A DNA stretch of 64,000 bases from a virus: the IMG/VR virus record IMGVR_UViG_3300045250_000071, one strand, 5' to 3'. A model generated the notes under the pieces. That model searched no databases. It was not told where the DNA came from and was given only the letters and a program-made list of their open reading frames with translations. The position numbers and the translations under genes were made by a program. Shown in pieces: positions 28,516-37,382 of this stretch (position 1 is the first letter of the stretch; the number at the start of each line of letters is the position of its first letter).

Positions 28516-28858
28516 CGTCGGCCTCCTCCGCTGATGCCGGCACGTGGATGCCGAGCAGACGCGCGACGTGGGCGGTCAGCTGGTGCCAGCCACCGATGTC
28601 AGGGTTGGTGTGCTCGAGATAGTCGGTGAGCGCGACCGCGGCGTCAGTCGCGACCTGCTGCGACAGCATCAGGTGGCTCGAGTTCGCCAGCGCGATGATG
28701 TTCGTGAGGCGCAGCTGCTCGGCTACCGCGATCGTCGCGGCAGCGTTCGCGAGCATCGCAGCCGCCGGGTCGCCCTCCATGAGCGAGACGCGCTGCGCCG
28801 TGAGCCCCTTCTCAAGCAGCTCGGCCGCAATCTCTATCGAGGTCTTGTACTTACTCAT
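28508..28858 (-). CDS. Hypothetical protein
   Basis: Start MSKYKTS at 28858; AVAEQLRLTNIIAL motif. Confidence 0.6.
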   Translation of the reverse strand: MSKYKTSIEIAAELLEKGLTAQRVSLMEGDPAAAMLANAAATIAVAEQLRLTNIIALANSSHLMLSQQVATDAAVALTDYLEHTNPDIGGWHQLTAHVARLLGIHVPASAEEADDE

Positions 28859-28983
28859 TGCACTCTCTTTTCCCTGGTCACGCCGCGAGCGCGGTGCTGG
28901 TTTTGGTGTTGGTGTTCGGTTGGTGGTTGTTGGGTTTGTTCGATAGAGCCCGGGTTTTGGGCGGTGATTTTCGAATGTTGGGG

Positions 28984-29460
28984 CTAGAAGGGGGGTTCTT
29001 CGTCCCAGCCGCTGCCGGGGCCGTCGGAGGCGGGCTGATGTGCCCGTTGGGCGGGTTCGGTTGGCTGGGGTGCGCGTTGTGCCGGCGGCTGTTGGTTCGT
29101 GATGCGCGTGACTTGTGCGGTCGCGTAGCGGAGTGCGGGCCCGATCTCGTCGACATCGAGTTCGACGGTGGTGCGTTTCTCGCCGTCGCGGGTCTCGTAG
29201 GAGCGCTGGTTGAGTTTGCCTTGGGCGATGACGCGCATGCCCTTGGTGAGGCTGGAGGCGACGTGTTCGGCGTAGTCGCGCCAGATGGATGCGCGGAGGA
29301 AGAGGGCTTCGCCGTCGCGCCACTCGTTCGCGCGGCGGTCGAATGTGCGTGGGGTGCTCGCGATCGTGAAGTTTGCGACTGCAACGTCCTGCGGGGTGTG
29401 GCGGAGTTCGGGGTCGGCGGTGAGGTTGCCGATGATCGTGATGATGGTGTCGCCAGCCAT
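28984..29460 (-). CDS. ssb: Single-stranded DNA-binding protein
   Basis: [19 protein letters not shown]...[11 protein letters not shown]...DEEPPF. Confidence 0.95.
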   Translation of the reverse strand: MAGDTIITIIGNLTADPELRHTPQDVAVANFTIASTPRTFDRRANEWRDGEALFLRASIWRDYAEHVASSLTKGMRVIAQGKLNQRSYETRDGEKRTTVELDVDEIGPALRYATAQVTRITNQQPPAQRAPQPTEPAQRAHQPASDGPGSGWDEEPPF

Positions 29461-29463
29461 GGG

Positions 29464-29691
29464 TTATGCCTTTCGGAGCTGCTCGAGGCGGTTCGGGTCG
29501 AAACCGCCGAAGATCGTGTCGCCGTGCGCGACGATCGGTGCCGCAGTGATGCCGAGGGAGCGGGCCGCTGCGGCGTCGTCGTCGGTGATGGGGCGGGTCA
29601 CGTAGTCGAGGCCGGCACGGTCGAGCCAGCGCTGCACCGCGACACACTGCTGGCATGCCGGCTTCGTGTACACCACGACCGGGGCGCTCAT
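29464..29691 (-). CDS. nrdH: NrdH-like glutaredoxin
   Basis: VYTKPACQQC...APIV...GFDP. Confidence 0.88.
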   Translation of the reverse strand: MSAPVVVYTKPACQQCVAVQRWLDRAGLDYVTRPITDDDAAAARSLGITAAPIVAHGDTIFGGFDPNRLEQLRKA

Positions 29692-29885
29692 GCGCGGGCT
29701 CCTGCCGTGAGATGCTGCAGCGCAGCCGCCGTCAACAGCTCGCCGAGGAGTTGCCGGGCACGAGCGATATCCGAGGCGACGACGGCCGCATGCTCGCGGT
29801 CCTCGTACGCCTCGAGCTGGTCATACGCGTGATCGAGATGCGCAGCCAGCTGGCCGGCGATCTCCACATACGTCGGGTGAATCAT
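29688..29885 (-). CDS. Hypothetical protein
   Basis: ATGA-coupled small ORF. Confidence 0.5.
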   Translation of the reverse strand: MIHPTYVEIAGQLAAHLDHAYDQLEAYEDREHAAVVASDIARARQLLGELLTAAALQHLTAGARA

Positions 29886-30121
29886 TTCGGGAGCCTCCTA
29901 AAGCTCAAAGTCAGTAGCGCGTGGGCGTCGCGCAGGGCCTGATCGGACGGGGACGGCGTGAGGTTCCGCTCGGCCTGCCGGTACAGGTCAGCGAGCACCT
30001 CGTAGAAGTGGCGCCGGCCCGGATGCTCCGACCGGGCGCCCTCGCGGGCCACCCAGCGGCCGCGGCGACGCAACTCCGCCGCGAGCGCGACGACATGATG
30101 CTGAGGGCGGCGTTCATTCAC
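29882..30121 (-). CDS. Hypothetical protein
   Basis: Coupled small ORF. Confidence 0.5.
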   Translation of the reverse strand: MNERRPQHHVVALAAELRRRGRWVAREGARSEHPGRRHFYEVLADLYRQAERNLTPSPSDQALRDAHALLTLSFRRLPK

Positions 30122-30320
30122 TGGCGTCCTGCCCTGGGAACGGGTGCGTCATCAGGAGCCGTACTTGGCGGAGTTTCAGCGAGATTTCCTCGAGGCGGAG
30201 CGCTTCGGCGTCGGCGCGCTTGAAGAGTTCGCGGTGCTTGTTCGCGATCTCCGAGTTTTTCGTGATCAGTGCCTCGACTTGTTCGATCTGCCGGTCGAGG
30301 GCTTCCACCGGGCTACTCAT
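30114..30320 (-). CDS. Hypothetical coiled-coil protein
   Basis: Heptad pattern; overlapping neighbours. Confidence 0.55.
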   Translation of the reverse strand: MSSPVEALDRQIEQVEALITKNSEIANKHRELFKRADAEALRLEEISLKLRQVRLLMTHPFPGQDASE

Positions 30321-30501
30321 CGAACGGGCCCTGCGTGATGACCGTCGTCGGACGCGGTTCCTCGAAGGTCGGCTTGGGCTTGCCCTTCACGATGTCGTGC
30401 GTCGCACGAGCGACAACGACGATCACGAGGATGGCTGCGCCGAGCGCGACCACAGCCAGCAGGGCTGTGCCGGCCCAAGCGAGGAGATTCATGGGGGTCA
30501 T
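30313..30501 (-). CDS. Small membrane protein
   Basis: MTPMNLLAW..., one long hydrophobic helix. Confidence 0.5.
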   Translation of the reverse strand: MTPMNLLAWAGTALLAVVALGAAILVIVVVARATHDIVKGKPKPTFEEPRPTTVITQGPFDE

Positions 30502-30620
30502 CGGGGGTCCTTTCGATGGCAGGGGCACGAAGGTGTCGCGCACCAGAACGGGGTTTTGCAGCGGGCGCAGCAGCGCGGCCGCGGAGCGGGCTTGGTGGAC
30601 GGGTCCGGGGCGAAATTCAT
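30498..30620 (-). CDS. Small Cys-rich protein
   Basis: MNFAPDP...CCARCKTPFWCATPSCPCH; ATGA-coupled to DnaB. Confidence 0.4.
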   Translation of the reverse strand: MNFAPDPSTKPAPRPRCCARCKTPFWCATPSCPCHRKDPR

Positions 30621-31912
30621 GAGCGCGGTCCCAACGTCCAAGGCTCCGAGCGAGCCCAGCGGGTGAGTACGCGCGAGTGGTGGCCCTCCCAATCGAGGGT
30701 CAGCCGGCCGAGACGGCCGTTGCGCGACTTGCCGACCTCGACGTGCAGAATCGACGGCTGATCGTCCTCGCGCCACATCAAGACCACGAGGTCGGCGTCC
30801 TGCTCGAGCGCGCCCGACTCACGCAGGTCAGACACCGCCGGCGGGCCCGCGAGCTCGCGGCGCCGCAGCTGCGACAACGCGATGATCGGGGTGTTCAGCT
30901 GGCCGGCCGCGAGCTTGAGCGCGCGCGAGAAGCCCGCGACCTCGACCTGACGGTTCTCGCCACGCTCCCCCGACGTCAGCAGCTGCAGGTAATCCACGAC
31001 CGCGAGCGCGAGCGTGCCGTGCTCGCGGGTGATGCGGCGGAGGTACGCGACGACGTCCTGCGCGGTCGTGACGTCGTGGCTCGTCGCGATGTAGATCGGC
31101 AGCTGGCGCACTTGCTCGGCGGCGGTACGGACGGCGGCGAGCTCGTCGGGGTGCAGCTGGTGGCGGATCGTGCGGCCGACGTCGACGCCCGCGACCTGTG
31201 CGTGGATGCGGGCGAGCACGTCGTGCGTGCTCATCTCGAGACTGATAACCGCGACGGGGCCCGTGTGCGCCGCGTGCACGGCAGCCTGGAGCCCGACGAT
31301 GGACTTACCGCCGCCAGGGCGCGCAGCGACGATGTGGAGCCCGCCAGCCGTCCAGCCACCCGTAAGCTCGTCCAGGTCAGCCCACGGCGACGCGATCAGC
31401 CGTGCGGGCTCGGTCAGGCCGGCAAGCCACTCGTCGATGTGCTCGCCGACATCCTGCGGATCGTGCGCGCCACGGTCATCGACGTCAGCGAGAGCGGCGT
31501 GAGCGTCGGCGAGCAGCTGCTCGGGCGTGAGCGTCGGGTCGTCCGAGGCGGCGTGGAGGCGTTCGCCGGCGGCGCGGATGCTGCGACGGGTGGCGTCGTC
31601 GCGCACCTGCTGCGCGTACGACGGTGCCGCGCCGGCCGAGAACGCCCAGTCCGTGAGCTCGTGCAGGAGCGCCGGCGTGAGCGATTCCGTGAGCGCGCCA
31701 CGGCGCTGCAGCTCGTCGCCGACGGTGAGCGGGTCGACCGAGACGCCAGACTCGACGAGCGCGGTGATCGCCGAGGCGATGACGCCGTGGTCGTAGCTGC
31801 CGAAGTCGCTCGGGCGGACGTCGGAAGCGACGACGCGGGCCGACGACGCGAACGACAGCGCAGCGCCGAGCAGGGCGCGTTCGGCGTCGAGCGTTGCGGT
31901 CGTGTCGGTCAT
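30617..31912 (-). CDS. dnaB: Replicative DNA helicase, DnaB family
   Basis: AERALLG, AARPGGGKS, SLEM, VVDYLQL, LSQL, DLRESGALEQDAD. Confidence 0.95.
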   Translation of the reverse strand: MTDTTATLDAERALLGAALSFASSARVVASDVRPSDFGSYDHGVIASAITALVESGVSVDPLTVGDELQRRGALTESLTPALLHELTDWAFSAGAAPSYAQQVRDDATRRSIRAAGERLHAASDDPTLTPEQLLADAHAALADVDDRGAHDPQDVGEHIDEWLAGLTEPARLIASPWADLDELTGGWTAGGLHIVAARPGGGKSIVGLQAAVHAAHTGPVAVISLEMSTHDVLARIHAQVAGVDVGRTIRHQLHPDELAAVRTAAEQVRQLPIYIATSHDVTTAQDVVAYLRRITREHGTLALAVVDYLQLLTSGERGENRQVEVAGFSRALKLAAGQLNTPIIALSQLRRRELAGPPAVSDLRESGALEQDADLVVLMWREDDQPSILHVEVGKSRNGRLGRLTLDWEGHHSRVLTRWARSEPWTLGPRS

Positions 31913-32196
31913 GCTTCGAGCTCCCCCGCGAGTCGGGCCGCGGTGACGTCCTGCACCATCGAGCGGCGGCGAGCGTCACGCACGAGCTGGAGCAGGTTCG
32001 CGGGGCGCACGTACGTCGAGTGAGACTCGTACCAGCGGCGCACCGCAGTGTGGAGCTCGACCGCGGACGGGCGCAGCTGCGACTCGGCAAACAGCTCCAG
32101 CCATGCGATGACGTCAGGCGTCGTGACCGCGCGGCCGTCGTAGGACGCGATGCGCTGAAGCAGCGAGCCGACGTCGGCACTCGTCAGGGCGCTCAT
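31909..32196 (-). CDS. Putative helicase loader
   Basis: LL..IASYDGR...V.AW...AVRRWY...P motif; between initiator and DnaB. Confidence 0.6.
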   Translation of the reverse strand: MSALTSADVGSLLQRIASYDGRAVTTPDVIAWLELFAESQLRPSAVELHTAVRRWYESHSTYVRPANLLQLVRDARRRSMVQDVTAARLAGELEA

Positions 32197-33194
32197 GACT
32201 GCCACCCCAACTGCTGGCGCTGCTGGCGGAAGCCGGCCGCGAACTCGTCTTGGCCGAAGTTCGCAGGGCGATCCATCGTGATCTGCGGGCCACCAACGAT
32301 CCCGCCCGACGCGAAGTCGATCTGCTCGCCAGCGGCGATACGCCGGTCGAGTTCGTGCAGGAACTCGAAGTCCATGCCGCCACGAGCGAGCTGCGGAGCA
32401 GCGACCGGGGCCACGTCTTCGGCGACGTCATCCCAGCGGCCTTGGTTGAGCCACGTCGTGGGGTGCGCGGTGTATTTCGGCTCGAGGTTCGGGTTCGCGG
32501 CGTACCGCTGTGCCGCGGCGATGATCGTCTCCGGGTCGGCGTCGCGGATAGCTTTCTCCCACGCCTTGAGCGCTGCTTTCTTGCCGACCTTGCGCGGGTA
32601 CGCCGACCAGAAGCGATCGAACTCGGAAACCGGCTCGTGCTCGTCATCGACAATCTCGACGTCAACGATCTCGCCATCGATGATTTCCGGATCTACGACA
32701 TCAGCATCAATCTCCGCGCGCGCATCGCGCGTTATCTGATGGTTCATATCTAGTGGTTCATCTAGTGGTTCTATTGCCCGGCACGTGGTGCCGGTTGTAA
32801 CCGGAACGTGGTGCCGGTTGTCACCGGCACGTGGTGCCGGTTGGCTCGGTATGTTCCTACCGGCACCAGGCGCCGGTAGGTCGATCGGTTTGAGGTCGAG
32901 ATTGATCGTGAAATGGTCCGATTTCCGGTAGCCGTTCGAGTGGCTCCGACGGGTGCGAGTGATGAGGCCGGTGTGCTCGAGCACCTTCATCGCGGCACGC
33001 GTCGCACGCTCGCTGCAGCGGGCGCGGGTGGACACGGTGGTCTGCCCGGGCCAGCACGATGCGGTCTCGTGGTTCGCGAAGTCGGCGAGCACGAAGAGCA
33101 CGGCGCCCTCGACCGTTGTCATGCGGCGGATAGTGCCGTCGAGGTCGATGACGTTGAGGTGTGTGAATGACCATTTGGTGGCGGTGGTGCTCAT
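32193..33194 (-). CDS. Replication initiator (N-terminal HTH_36-like, C-terminal FDRFWSAYPRKVGK domain)
   Basis: VLFVLADFAN...CWPGQ..V..RARCSER; FWSAYPRK...HPTTWLNQGRW; internal iterons. Confidence 0.8.
   Translation of the reverse strand: MSTTATKWSFTHLNVIDLDGTIRRMTTVEGAVLFVLADFANHETASCWPGQTTVSTRARCSERATRAAMKVLEHTGLITRTRRSHSNGYRKSDHFTINLDLKPIDLPAPGAGRNIPSQPAPRAGDNRHHVPVTTGTTCRAIEPLDEPLDMNHQITRDARAEIDADVVDPEIIDGEIVDVEIVDDEHEPVSEFDRFWSAYPRKVGKKAALKAWEKAIRDADPETIIAAAQRYAANPNLEPKYTAHPTTWLNQGRWDDVAEDVAPVAAPQLARGGMDFEFLHELDRRIAAGEQIDFASGGIVGGPQITMDRPANFGQDEFAAGFRQQRQQLGWQS
32778..32877. repeat. Iteron-like palindromic repeats (putative origin) inside initiator gene
   Basis: CCGG(C/A)AC-GTG-GTGCCGG at 32778, 32801, 32824 (23-bp period) and a variant at 32860; next to tctagtggttc x2. 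Confidence 0.7.
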
Positions 33195-33475
33195 GCCGCG
33201 GCCTCCCACCATGCGGGCGTGATCTGCAGTTGCAGGCGCTTTTCGCCGTCCTCGTCGAGGACGAGCTTGACGAGGCCGTCAGCGCGGAGGCCGGCGAGCA
33301 GGTGGTCCGCGAACTCGGGGTTCGACAGCGGCGATACGCGCTTGAGGTAGCGGTGTGGCTCTGCGTCGACGCAGTGGTTGACGTCAGCGCAGTCGCCCAT
33401 GGCGATCAACAGCAGCTGCTCGCACGGGTGCTGGCGCCGTTGCTCCATCGCCCAAGAGAGAGCATCAGAACTCAT
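33191..33475 (-). CDS. Small HTH protein resembling the initiator N-terminus
   Basis: MSSDALSWA...LLLIAMGDCAD...LRADGLV. Confidence 0.55.
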   Translation of the reverse strand: MSSDALSWAMEQRRQHPCEQLLLIAMGDCADVNHCVDAEPHRYLKRVSPLSNPEFADHLLAGLRADGLVKLVLDEDGEKRLQLQITPAWWEAAA

Positions 33476-33926
33476 GAGTGCACATCCAATCGAGGGGGTA
33501 GTCGCGACCGTCGCTCCACAGAGCGCGGAGTCGGTCGAGGTAGGTCGGGTGGTAGTCGAGGTCGGCCGCGTAGGCCTCGTCGTGGAGACGTTCAGCGGTT
33601 TTGTCGCTGAGCACGTGGCGGTTGAGGTCGTCGTCGAGCCGCACCCACATGCGGTGCTGAGCGAGCCAGACCGGCACCGCAGCTGCGTCGATCGAGCGCG
33701 GCACTTTCCAGCCGCAGAGGATGCCGAGCTGCTGCAGGTCGCTCTCGAGGCGCGCGTTCGTCGTCGAGCAGAGCGTCACGAGGTTCGCGGGAGAGTCGCG
33801 GCGACGTCGCGGGTCCCCGCCCATGCCTCGCCCTTGCCGGTGCTGCATTGAGACACCAGCAAGCCGGCCGCAGGCGACGCAGCCGTGGTCACGAGACCGG
33901 ACGAGGTCACTGAGCGAGGACTCCAC
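33465..33926 (-). CDS. HNH-like endonuclease
   Basis: RDHGCVACG...QHRQGRGMGG...NLVTLC...N. Confidence 0.7.
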   Translation of the reverse strand: MESSLSDLVRSRDHGCVACGRLAGVSMQHRQGRGMGGDPRRRRDSPANLVTLCSTTNARLESDLQQLGILCGWKVPRSIDAAAVPVWLAQHRMWVRLDDDLNRHVLSDKTAERLHDEAYAADLDYHPTYLDRLRALWSDGRDYPLDWMCTHEF

Positions 33927-33935
33927 GACGGCCTA

Positions 33936-34814
33936 CTACGGGAGGCCGATGAAAACGGGCGACGTCGCGCGCGAACGCACTTCCTCGACGATCTTTGCCC
34001 AGAACGTTTCGATGATGCGGTCGAGGCCGATCAGCTTCACACCGAGGCGGAGGTCACCGTCGTTGATGCGGTAGCGGAACCGAGCCGTGACCGGCACGCG
34101 CGTGACCTTGCCCTGGAGCTCATTCACGCCCTCGAAGGGCTGCAGCGCGAGCGTCAGCTCCTTCGGGATCGTGAGGTCGCCGCGCTGGCCGGCACGGGCC
34201 TTGATCGTCTCGGTGTAGCCGAACTGGACCTCACCCGAGTCGAGCCGTCGCGACGACGAGAACTCAACACCGGATGAGGCCTGGAGCGACTGCGCGATCT
34301 CGAGGACCGTCGCCGAGTCCGGTGCGTGCACGTCGTCGGCCCAGTCCTCGATGAACTCGGCGAACTCAGACTGGGCGAGGAACTTGCCCGAGATGCCAGT
34401 CCATGCCTTCCAAGACTCGGTGGCGCGCAGCGAGAACACGGCGTTAAACGCCTCGCGACCGAACCGCTCGTCTTCTGCCTCCATGTTGGACGCGGCACCG
34501 TCGATGACGGCGTGGAAACGCAGACTCTGCTTCGATGCGTACACCTCGGTGAACTCCGACTCGTGACGCTCGAGGAAGCTGATGAACGTGTCGAGGTCCT
34601 CGAGGAGGCGGGAAGCCTTGAGGCGGGGGCTGCGGAGCGGCAGCGCTTCGGTGCGGAATCGTTCGTGTGTGCCGTCGGGGTTCGCGACGAGGAACTCCGC
34701 GTCAGGGGTGAGCTGGACCGGGTCGGCGGCGATGCGTGCGAGCTCGACGAGAGTCGCGATGCTGCTGTCGACGATGTTGTCGGGCAGGTCGAATTCGGGA
34801 GTGATGGCGGTCAT
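33936..34814 (-). CDS. DUF2303 (YfdQ-like) family protein
   Basis: SWKAW...Q.EFAEFIED...LEIAQSL...F.S..RL.SGEVQF.Y...PFEG...ARFRYRI. Confidence 0.85.
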   Translation of the reverse strand: MTAITPEFDLPDNIVDSSIATLVELARIAADPVQLTPDAEFLVANPDGTHERFRTEALPLRSPRLKASRLLEDLDTFISFLERHESEFTEVYASKQSLRFHAVIDGAASNMEAEDERFGREAFNAVFSLRATESWKAWTGISGKFLAQSEFAEFIEDWADDVHAPDSATVLEIAQSLQASSGVEFSSSRRLDSGEVQFGYTETIKARAGQRGDLTIPKELTLALQPFEGVNELQGKVTRVPVTARFRYRINDGDLRLGVKLIGLDRIIETFWAKIVEEVRSRATSPVFIGLP

Positions 34815-34823
34815 TGTGGGCTC

Positions 34824-35165
34824 CTACTTCTCGGTCTTGCTGTCGTCGAGGTCCATCAGCTGGAACTCGAGCTGGTTCGGGTCGTTGCGGGTCAGGTCGC
34901 CGCTCTTTGTCGGGAAGAGCACCGTGGGCTTGCGCTGCGCGCGGGGCTTCGCGAGCTTGATCTCGTCGTTCATGAGCAGCTGCTCGGTCGAGCCGTCGAG
35001 CGGACCGAGCGTCAGCTTGAGCGTGAGCGTGCCCTTCTTGCCGGTCTCGATGACGGCGTTCGTGAGCTCCACGAGGTTCTCGTCGAGCTCGTGGAACATC
35101 AGCGGGCGGTTAGCGAGGAGCGACGAGAACGGCGTCGGCTCCTCGCGCTTCTGGTCCTCAGACAT
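34824..35165 (-). CDS. Hypothetical protein, usual partner of DUF2303
   Basis: L.ELT.AV.ETGKKG.LTLKL...L.RNDPNQ motif. Confidence 0.75.
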   Translation of the reverse strand: MSEDQKREEPTPFSSLLANRPLMFHELDENLVELTNAVIETGKKGTLTLKLTLGPLDGSTEQLLMNDEIKLAKPRAQRKPTVLFPTKSGDLTRNDPNQLEFQLMDLDDSKTEK

Positions 35166-35751
35166 GTGCGGTCTCCTGGTCGGTGTCGGTGTCGGTGGCG
35201 GTGGCGGTGGCGGTGGCGGTGGCGGTGGCGAGTGGTATAAGAACGGGCACGGAGTGAATGGCGTCGGCGTAGCCGGCCGAGATCGCCATGTCGTCGCCGC
35301 GCAGCAGACGCGCGAGCACCTCGAGCGGAACGCCAGTGAGTAGCTCGAGCTCGCGCATGGTCGCGCCGACCTCGACGAGATCGTGCAGGTGCTGAGCAGC
35401 GCGACGAGTGCGGCCGCTGCTCGGGTCGACGGCGAGCACGCGCCGAGTCTCGGCACGATCGAGCGACGCGACACCGCGTGCGACTTCGCGCAGCTCCGGA
35501 GCGTCGATGCCGGCCTGCTCGGCGACCTCCGCGATCGTCATGCCGTCGCGGCGGCAATGCGCGAGGTGCGCGGTCACCGCTGCGGCGTGCTGCTGCGCGA
35601 GCGACGCGCGTGGCTGGCCCGCCGCGCCGTACATGAGATCGTGATCGAACGGAGCCCGGGCGAGGTACTCAGCGACCGTGAGACCGACGCGCTGCGCGCG
35701 GGCACGCCACTCGGCGTAGGCCTTATCAGAGAGCTCGACGCGGTACGTCAT
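35158..35751 (-). CDS. Putative DNA-binding protein (RHH/HTH-like)
   Basis: Start MTYRVELSD; GMTIAEVAEQAGI HTH-like; C-terminal (AT)n(DT)n. Confidence 0.55.
   Translation of the reverse strand: MTYRVELSDKAYAEWRARAQRVGLTVAEYLARAPFDHDLMYGAAGQPRASLAQQHAAAVTAHLAHCRRDGMTIAEVAEQAGIDAPELREVARGVASLDRAETRRVLAVDPSSGRTRRAAQHLHDLVEVGATMRELELLTGVPLEVLARLLRGDDMAISAGYADAIHSVPVLIPLATATATATATATDTDTDQETAHV
35181..35228. repeat. Hexamer tandem repeat (CGGTG[G/T])8
   Basis: cggtgt x2 + cggtgg x6, in frame. Confidence 0.85.
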
Positions 35752-35939
35752 GACTCTGCCTCGGTCTCGTCCTGCTCGAGTGAGCGGTCGTGCTCGGACG
35801 AGATCATCGCCCAGATCACGATCGAGAAGCACATGCCGGCGCCGACGAGGTTCGTGGGCACCTGCCACACGGTGATGATGCCGATGATGGTGCCGAGCAG
35901 CGCGAGGATGGTGCCGGTCCAGTACACGGTCGGGGTCAT
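35748..35939 (-). CDS. Small 2-TM membrane protein
   Basis: MTPTVYWTG..., two hydrophobic helices, ATGA-coupled. Confidence 0.6.
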   Translation of the reverse strand: MTPTVYWTGTILALLGTIIGIITVWQVPTNLVGAGMCFSIVIWAMISSEHDRSLEQDETEAES

Positions 35940-36289
35940 GCCGTAGCTCCTGAGATTCGGGCCGCGACGTCGGCTGCGGTGAGCGCGCGATTGAGGTAGA
36001 GGCAGCGGTGCTCGTAGTCGAGCGAGTCGGGCGCGCCGGCGATCTGCGCGAACTTCGCGAATCCCTCGCACACCGACGCGACGATGCCGCGCTCGTCGCC
36101 CTTGATGGGCAGTTGGCCGTGGTGAATGCCGAGGTCGGAGATGCGATCGCAGATCGTCATCACGCACTCGACGCAGTGCGGGCAGAGACCGAGACGCCGC
36201 TCACGGCGAAGCAGGTCGGCGAAGTCGGTCGCCCACCAGCGGAGCGCGTACACGATCGCGTCCTTATCGCTGTCGGTGAAGGTGTTCAC
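35936..36289 (-). CDS. Hypothetical protein
   Basis: Coupled ORF with CPHC motif. Confidence 0.55.
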   Translation of the reverse strand: MNTFTDSDKDAIVYALRWWATDFADLLRRERRLGLCPHCVECVMTICDRISDLGIHHGQLPIKGDERGIVASVCEGFAKFAQIAGAPDSLDYEHRCLYLNRALTAADVAARISGATA

Positions 36290-36441
36290 GCTTCGTCTCG
36301 CTTCAACTCGTAGTAGATCGGGGTGTCAAGGCCGTCCTCGAGCGCGTCGTCGCGCCGCTCGGCGAGGGTGGTCGCGGTATCCGCGATCGGCGCGAATGCC
36401 TGGCGTAGCCACGCGAAGGGCTTAGATGAGAGAATTGGCAC
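36286..36441 (-). CDS. Hypothetical 51-aa protein (not in ORF track)
   Basis: GTG start after AGGAGG SD; MPILSSKPFAW...KRDEA; GTGA-coupled to next gene. Confidence 0.55.
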   Translation of the reverse strand: MPILSSKPFAWLRQAFAPIADTATTLAERRDDALEDGLDTPIYYELKRDEA

Positions 36442-36545
36442 GTTGACCTCCTGTTAGGTCTTCCATGCCCTCGGCCGGCCCCACCGGCGCGAGGGCGTTT
36501 ACTTGGGGTCGAGAGCGGCGACGTCGACGAGTGCGCGGGCTTCCA

Positions 36546-36806
36546 TCAGCTGGCCACCTTGAGTTCGGCACGCGAATTGCTCGCGACCTCACCAAAGAAC
36601 GCCCCGACAGCGACGTCCATCGCTGCCGCGAGCGCGATGAGTTCGTCGGCGGTGAAGACGACGTCGCCGCGTAGGCGTCGCACGATGGCTTGTCGTGAGA
36701 GACCGAGGATCGCGGCGAGGTCGATTTGTCGGAGTCCGCGTTCGGCTGCGATGCCGCGTACCTTGTTGGGTACGGTTGCGGTGTTTTGGTTCACCATGCG
36801 GTTCAT
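36546..36806 (-). CDS. Cro-like HTH protein
   Basis: GLRQIDLAAILGLSRQAIVRRLRG..F..DEL Xre HTH, divergent from repressor. Confidence 0.8.
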   Translation of the reverse strand: MNRMVNQNTATVPNKVRGIAAERGLRQIDLAAILGLSRQAIVRRLRGDVVFTADELIALAAAMDVAVGAFFGEVASNSRAELKVAS

Positions 36807-36809
36807 TCT

Positions 36810-36918
36810 GTCACGCTTTGCGGTACACGGCAAGGTTGTGAACCGCTTTGCGTGCCAGGTTGAATCGTTTCCTGAGAATGTGCCCCGTAGAATGACACGA
36901 AGTAACGGAAAGCGTTAC
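36810..36918. promoter_or_regulatory. Three 17-bp operator-like sites in the divergent cro/repressor intergenic region
   Basis: GTCACGCTTTGCGGTAC (36810), GAACCGCTTTGCGTGCC (36840), and inverted GTAACGCTTTCCGTTAC (36902-36918). Confidence 0.65.
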
Positions 36919-36928
36919 TATCAGTGCT

Positions 36929-37360
36929 ATGAATACCGCATCCCCAACCACGACCGAGGCCGTCGACGTCAACATGGTCGTCGCATCCAACGTTCGTGCC
37001 GAATTCTCGCGAACGCGCTGGTCGGGCCGGAAAGCTGCGGCGGCGCTCGGCCTGTCTCCCATGTACGTCAATCGTCGCCTCGCCGGCGAGACCCCGCTCG
37101 ATCCGTCGGACCTCGTGATGTTCGCAGAGCTTATCGGCGTGCCCGTCGCGAAGTTCTTCGCAGACACAACAAAGCCCCTCACCGAAACCGATGAGGGGCG
37201 TGCTGCGCGCCTGGAGGGACTCGAACCCCCAACCTTCTGTACGGGGGTCTACGACCAGCACGCCGACGTCGTTAGCATCGATGACTTCCGCGCGAGAATG
37301 CGGAACTCCGCAGAATTCGCGCCGGAATTCGATACGCCGAGTGCATGCGTGGTCATTTAA
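36929..37360 (+). CDS. Immunity repressor (Xre HTH) containing attP
   Basis: NVRAE...WSGRKAAAALGLS..YVNRRLAGETP; divergent from Cro; upstream of integrase. Confidence 0.85.
   Translation: MNTASPTTTEAVDVNMVVASNVRAEFSRTRWSGRKAAAALGLSPMYVNRRLAGETPLDPSDLVMFAELIGVPVAKFFADTTKPLTETDEGRAARLEGLEPPTFCTGVYDQHADVVSIDDFRARMRNSAEFAPEFDTPSACVVI
37174..37199 (-). terminator. Terminator for the tRNA gene rebuilt on integration
   Basis: GCCCCTCATCG-GTTT-CGGTGAGGGGC then TTTGTTGT, immediately 3' of the tRNA fragment. Confidence 0.65.
37204..37239 (-). other. attP: attP common core = 3' half of a tRNA (Arg-like)
   Basis: Minus strand CAGAAGGTTGGGGGTTCGAGTCCCTCCAGGCGCGCA: T-arm GGTTCGAGTCC plus acceptor stem 3' strand; 5' half of tRNA absent. 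Confidence 0.85.
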
Positions 37361-37382
37361 ACACGATCTAAATATATTGGTT

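Noticed and set aside
32778..32877. CRISPR mini-array
   Set aside because: Spacers are only about 6 bp, the repeats lie within a coding gene and there are no cas genes; iterons fit better
34824..35474. Poly-proline protein
   Set aside because: The proline run is an alternative-frame reading of the hexamer repeat; the real gene starts at 35165
36499..36546. 15-aa ORF (MEARALVDVAALDPK) coupled to cro by TGATG
   Set aside because: Too short to support without conservation or translation data
37204..37239. Functional tRNA gene
   Set aside because: Only the 3' half (variable region, T-arm, acceptor strand) is present; no D-arm or anticodon loop, so it is an att core
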